DNA of 64,000 bases from a virus, in IMG/VR virus record IMGVR_UViG_3300042868_007692, positions 9,165 through 73,164 of that record; one strand, written 5' to 3'. Below, in pieces: positions 62,832 through 64,000 of the stretch. Under the pieces are notes generated by a model. That model was given only the letters and a program-made list of their open reading frames with translations. It was not told the origin of the DNA and made no database searches. The stretch's first letter is position 1. Every line of letters begins with the position of its first letter. Both the position numbers and the translations under genes were made by a program.

Positions 62832-63197
62832 TTATACTATTTCAAAAATAATGTTGTGTTCTTTTTTTACTATTTCTATAAGACCAGAATAAGTCTGCAC
62901 TTCTTCTGCTGTCAAATCTTTAAGAACTTCTTTAGGAAATTCTCCTTCTTTAACAAAATCAGTACTTTTCTTAACTGTCCAATTTGTGTATTGCTTTACT
63001 AATTTAGAAGCCACAGTTAATTTACCTTCAGGTACTACTACTAAGTTTAAAGTTATACTTACTACATCTTCTGCTAAAGTAGTTTCCACTTTAACTGCAG
63101 GTTTAGTAGTTAGTTGTTTACTTTCTTTTTTAAAAAAAGTGTTAAAAGAAATATCTCCTAATGTCTTTTTTAATCTTTTAAGTTGACCTGTATTCAT
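62832..63197 (-). CDS. Protein with ribosomal protein bL12 C-terminal-domain-like region
   Basis: GKLTVASKLVKQYTNWTVKKSTDFVKEGEFPKEVLKDLTAEEV parallels bL12 [36 protein letters not shown]. Confidence 0.55.
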   Translation of the reverse strand: MNTGQLKRLKKTLGDISFNTFFKKESKQLTTKPAVKVETTLAEDVVSITLNLVVVPEGKLTVASKLVKQYTNWTVKKSTDFVKEGEFPKEVLKDLTAEEVQTYSGLIEIVKKEHNIIFEIV

Positions 63198-63200
63198 GTC

Positions 63201-63905
63201 TTAATTTTTTAAAGTTTGTTTTAATATGTCAGTAACATCCTCAGTATTAAATAACTGATAGTTGCCATCTAAACCTAACCATATAATAACTCTCTTACTT
63301 ACTTTAACTCCTACTTGTTCAAGTAGTAATTGATAGTAAGATAACTGAATTACATAATGATTTAAAGGATGGTCTAAGAAAGTTTCAAAAGGGGCCAACA
63401 TAGTCTTACCTTGATAATTCTTAAACAAGTCTTTATTAGTCTTGTAATCAGCAATTATATATGATTGAGTTTTAGTATCAAAAAGAATGATATCTGCTGT
63501 ACCTGCAAATAAGTGTTGAAAGTGGTACATTCTAAGCTCTGCAGCTACTGGTAAAATGTGTTCTGGAACATCTTGCCAGAACTTTACAATAGCTTCTTCT
63601 TGAGGACAAGAAGGTCTTAAGTTTCTGTTGAACTGATAGATTTCTCCAAAGTTGTGTACTCTGTGTCCTCTATCTCTAGACTCTTGGTTAATCTGAGCCC
63701 ATTGAGCTAGCATTTCTTCTGTACTTATCCCTGCTTTCTTAGCAGAGAAAGGGGCAACTTGCTGAGCATCAAAGTGCTCATAAAAATTAGAAATCAGTCC
63801 TGAAACTGAAGTCTTTAAAGGTTCCCCTTTTACATAGTACTTATGTTTAGCCTCTTCAAACTCAAGACTATTAAAAGGTTCTTTTATTTTACTTAGTAAT
63901 TCCAT
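63201..63905 (-). CDS. PD-(D/E)XK exonuclease (Cas4/RecB-like)
   Basis: RGHRVH..E, AELRM, FAGTADII, IADYKT, QLSYY. Confidence 0.85.
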   Translation of the reverse strand: MELLSKIKEPFNSLEFEEAKHKYYVKGEPLKTSVSGLISNFYEHFDAQQVAPFSAKKAGISTEEMLAQWAQINQESRDRGHRVHNFGEIYQFNRNLRPSCPQEEAIVKFWQDVPEHILPVAAELRMYHFQHLFAGTADIILFDTKTQSYIIADYKTNKDLFKNYQGKTMLAPFETFLDHPLNHYVIQLSYYQLLLEQVGVKVSKRVIIWLGLDGNYQLFNTEDVTDILKQTLKN

Positions 63906-63909
63906 ACTA

Positions 63910-63917
63910 CAAATGTA
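63910..63917 (-). promoter_or_regulatory. TAnnTTTG -7 element at the head of the minus-strand block
   Basis: TACATTTG on the minus strand, 4 nt before ATG 63905. Confidence 0.55.
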
Positions 63918-64000
63918 TAAAATTAATTTGTAAAATGATGAGAGTTAAATAGTTTGTTTTATTTTTTAGTCTCAGAAATCATCTTCTTTACTCCTCTTAC

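Noticed and set aside
525-63186. Short antisense ORFs in the track (e.g. 525-788, 8517-8852, 22533-22913, 42100-42414, 54512-54730)
   Set aside because: They lie inside longer motif-bearing genes on the opposite strand and are shadow ORFs
63201-63905. Cas4-like nuclease as a sign of CRISPR-Cas
   Set aside because: No repeat-spacer array or other cas genes seen, and the Fe-S cysteines are not evident; stand-alone PD-(D/E)XK nucleases are common in phages
1-64000. tRNA, rRNA, inteins, integrase, reverse transcriptase/DGR
   Set aside because: None recognised by eye; intergenic gaps are too short for most RNA genes. tRNAscan and Infernal were not run.

Overview
AT-rich (about 30% GC by eye) segment of a lytic Crassvirales-like (crAss-like) podophage of a Bacteroidota host, read in standard code 11. 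The left arm (1-28854, + strand) holds replication and nucleotide-metabolism genes: family A DNA polymerase, SF2 helicase, DnaB-like helicase, AAA ATPase, primase, nucleases, ThyX, a spore-photoproduct-lyase-like radical SAM protein, GroES-like protein, ATP-dependent ligase and MazG-like protein. It also holds three group I introns with mappable splice sites and five homing endonuclease genes. The right arm (28889-63905, - strand) holds virion genes: a 4430-aa virion RNA polymerase (DFDVD plus zincin HExxH), cargo proteins, muzzle, ring proteins, a fibre, an HU/IHF-like protein and a bL12-like protein. The two arms converge on a hairpin terminator. The main candidate for a new system is a phage-encoded ubiquitin-like conjugation cassette at 13194-17988: Ubl-precursor (internal KSG), E2-like, JAB/JAMM protease, E1/ThiF, and an unknown acidic protein. 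Other notable points are near-total CpG avoidance with the surviving CpGs enriched in CCGG, a homing endonuclease flanked by a synonymously recoded copy of its target gene start, and a probably inactive UDG homolog. All assignments come from motif recognition by eye; no searches were run.
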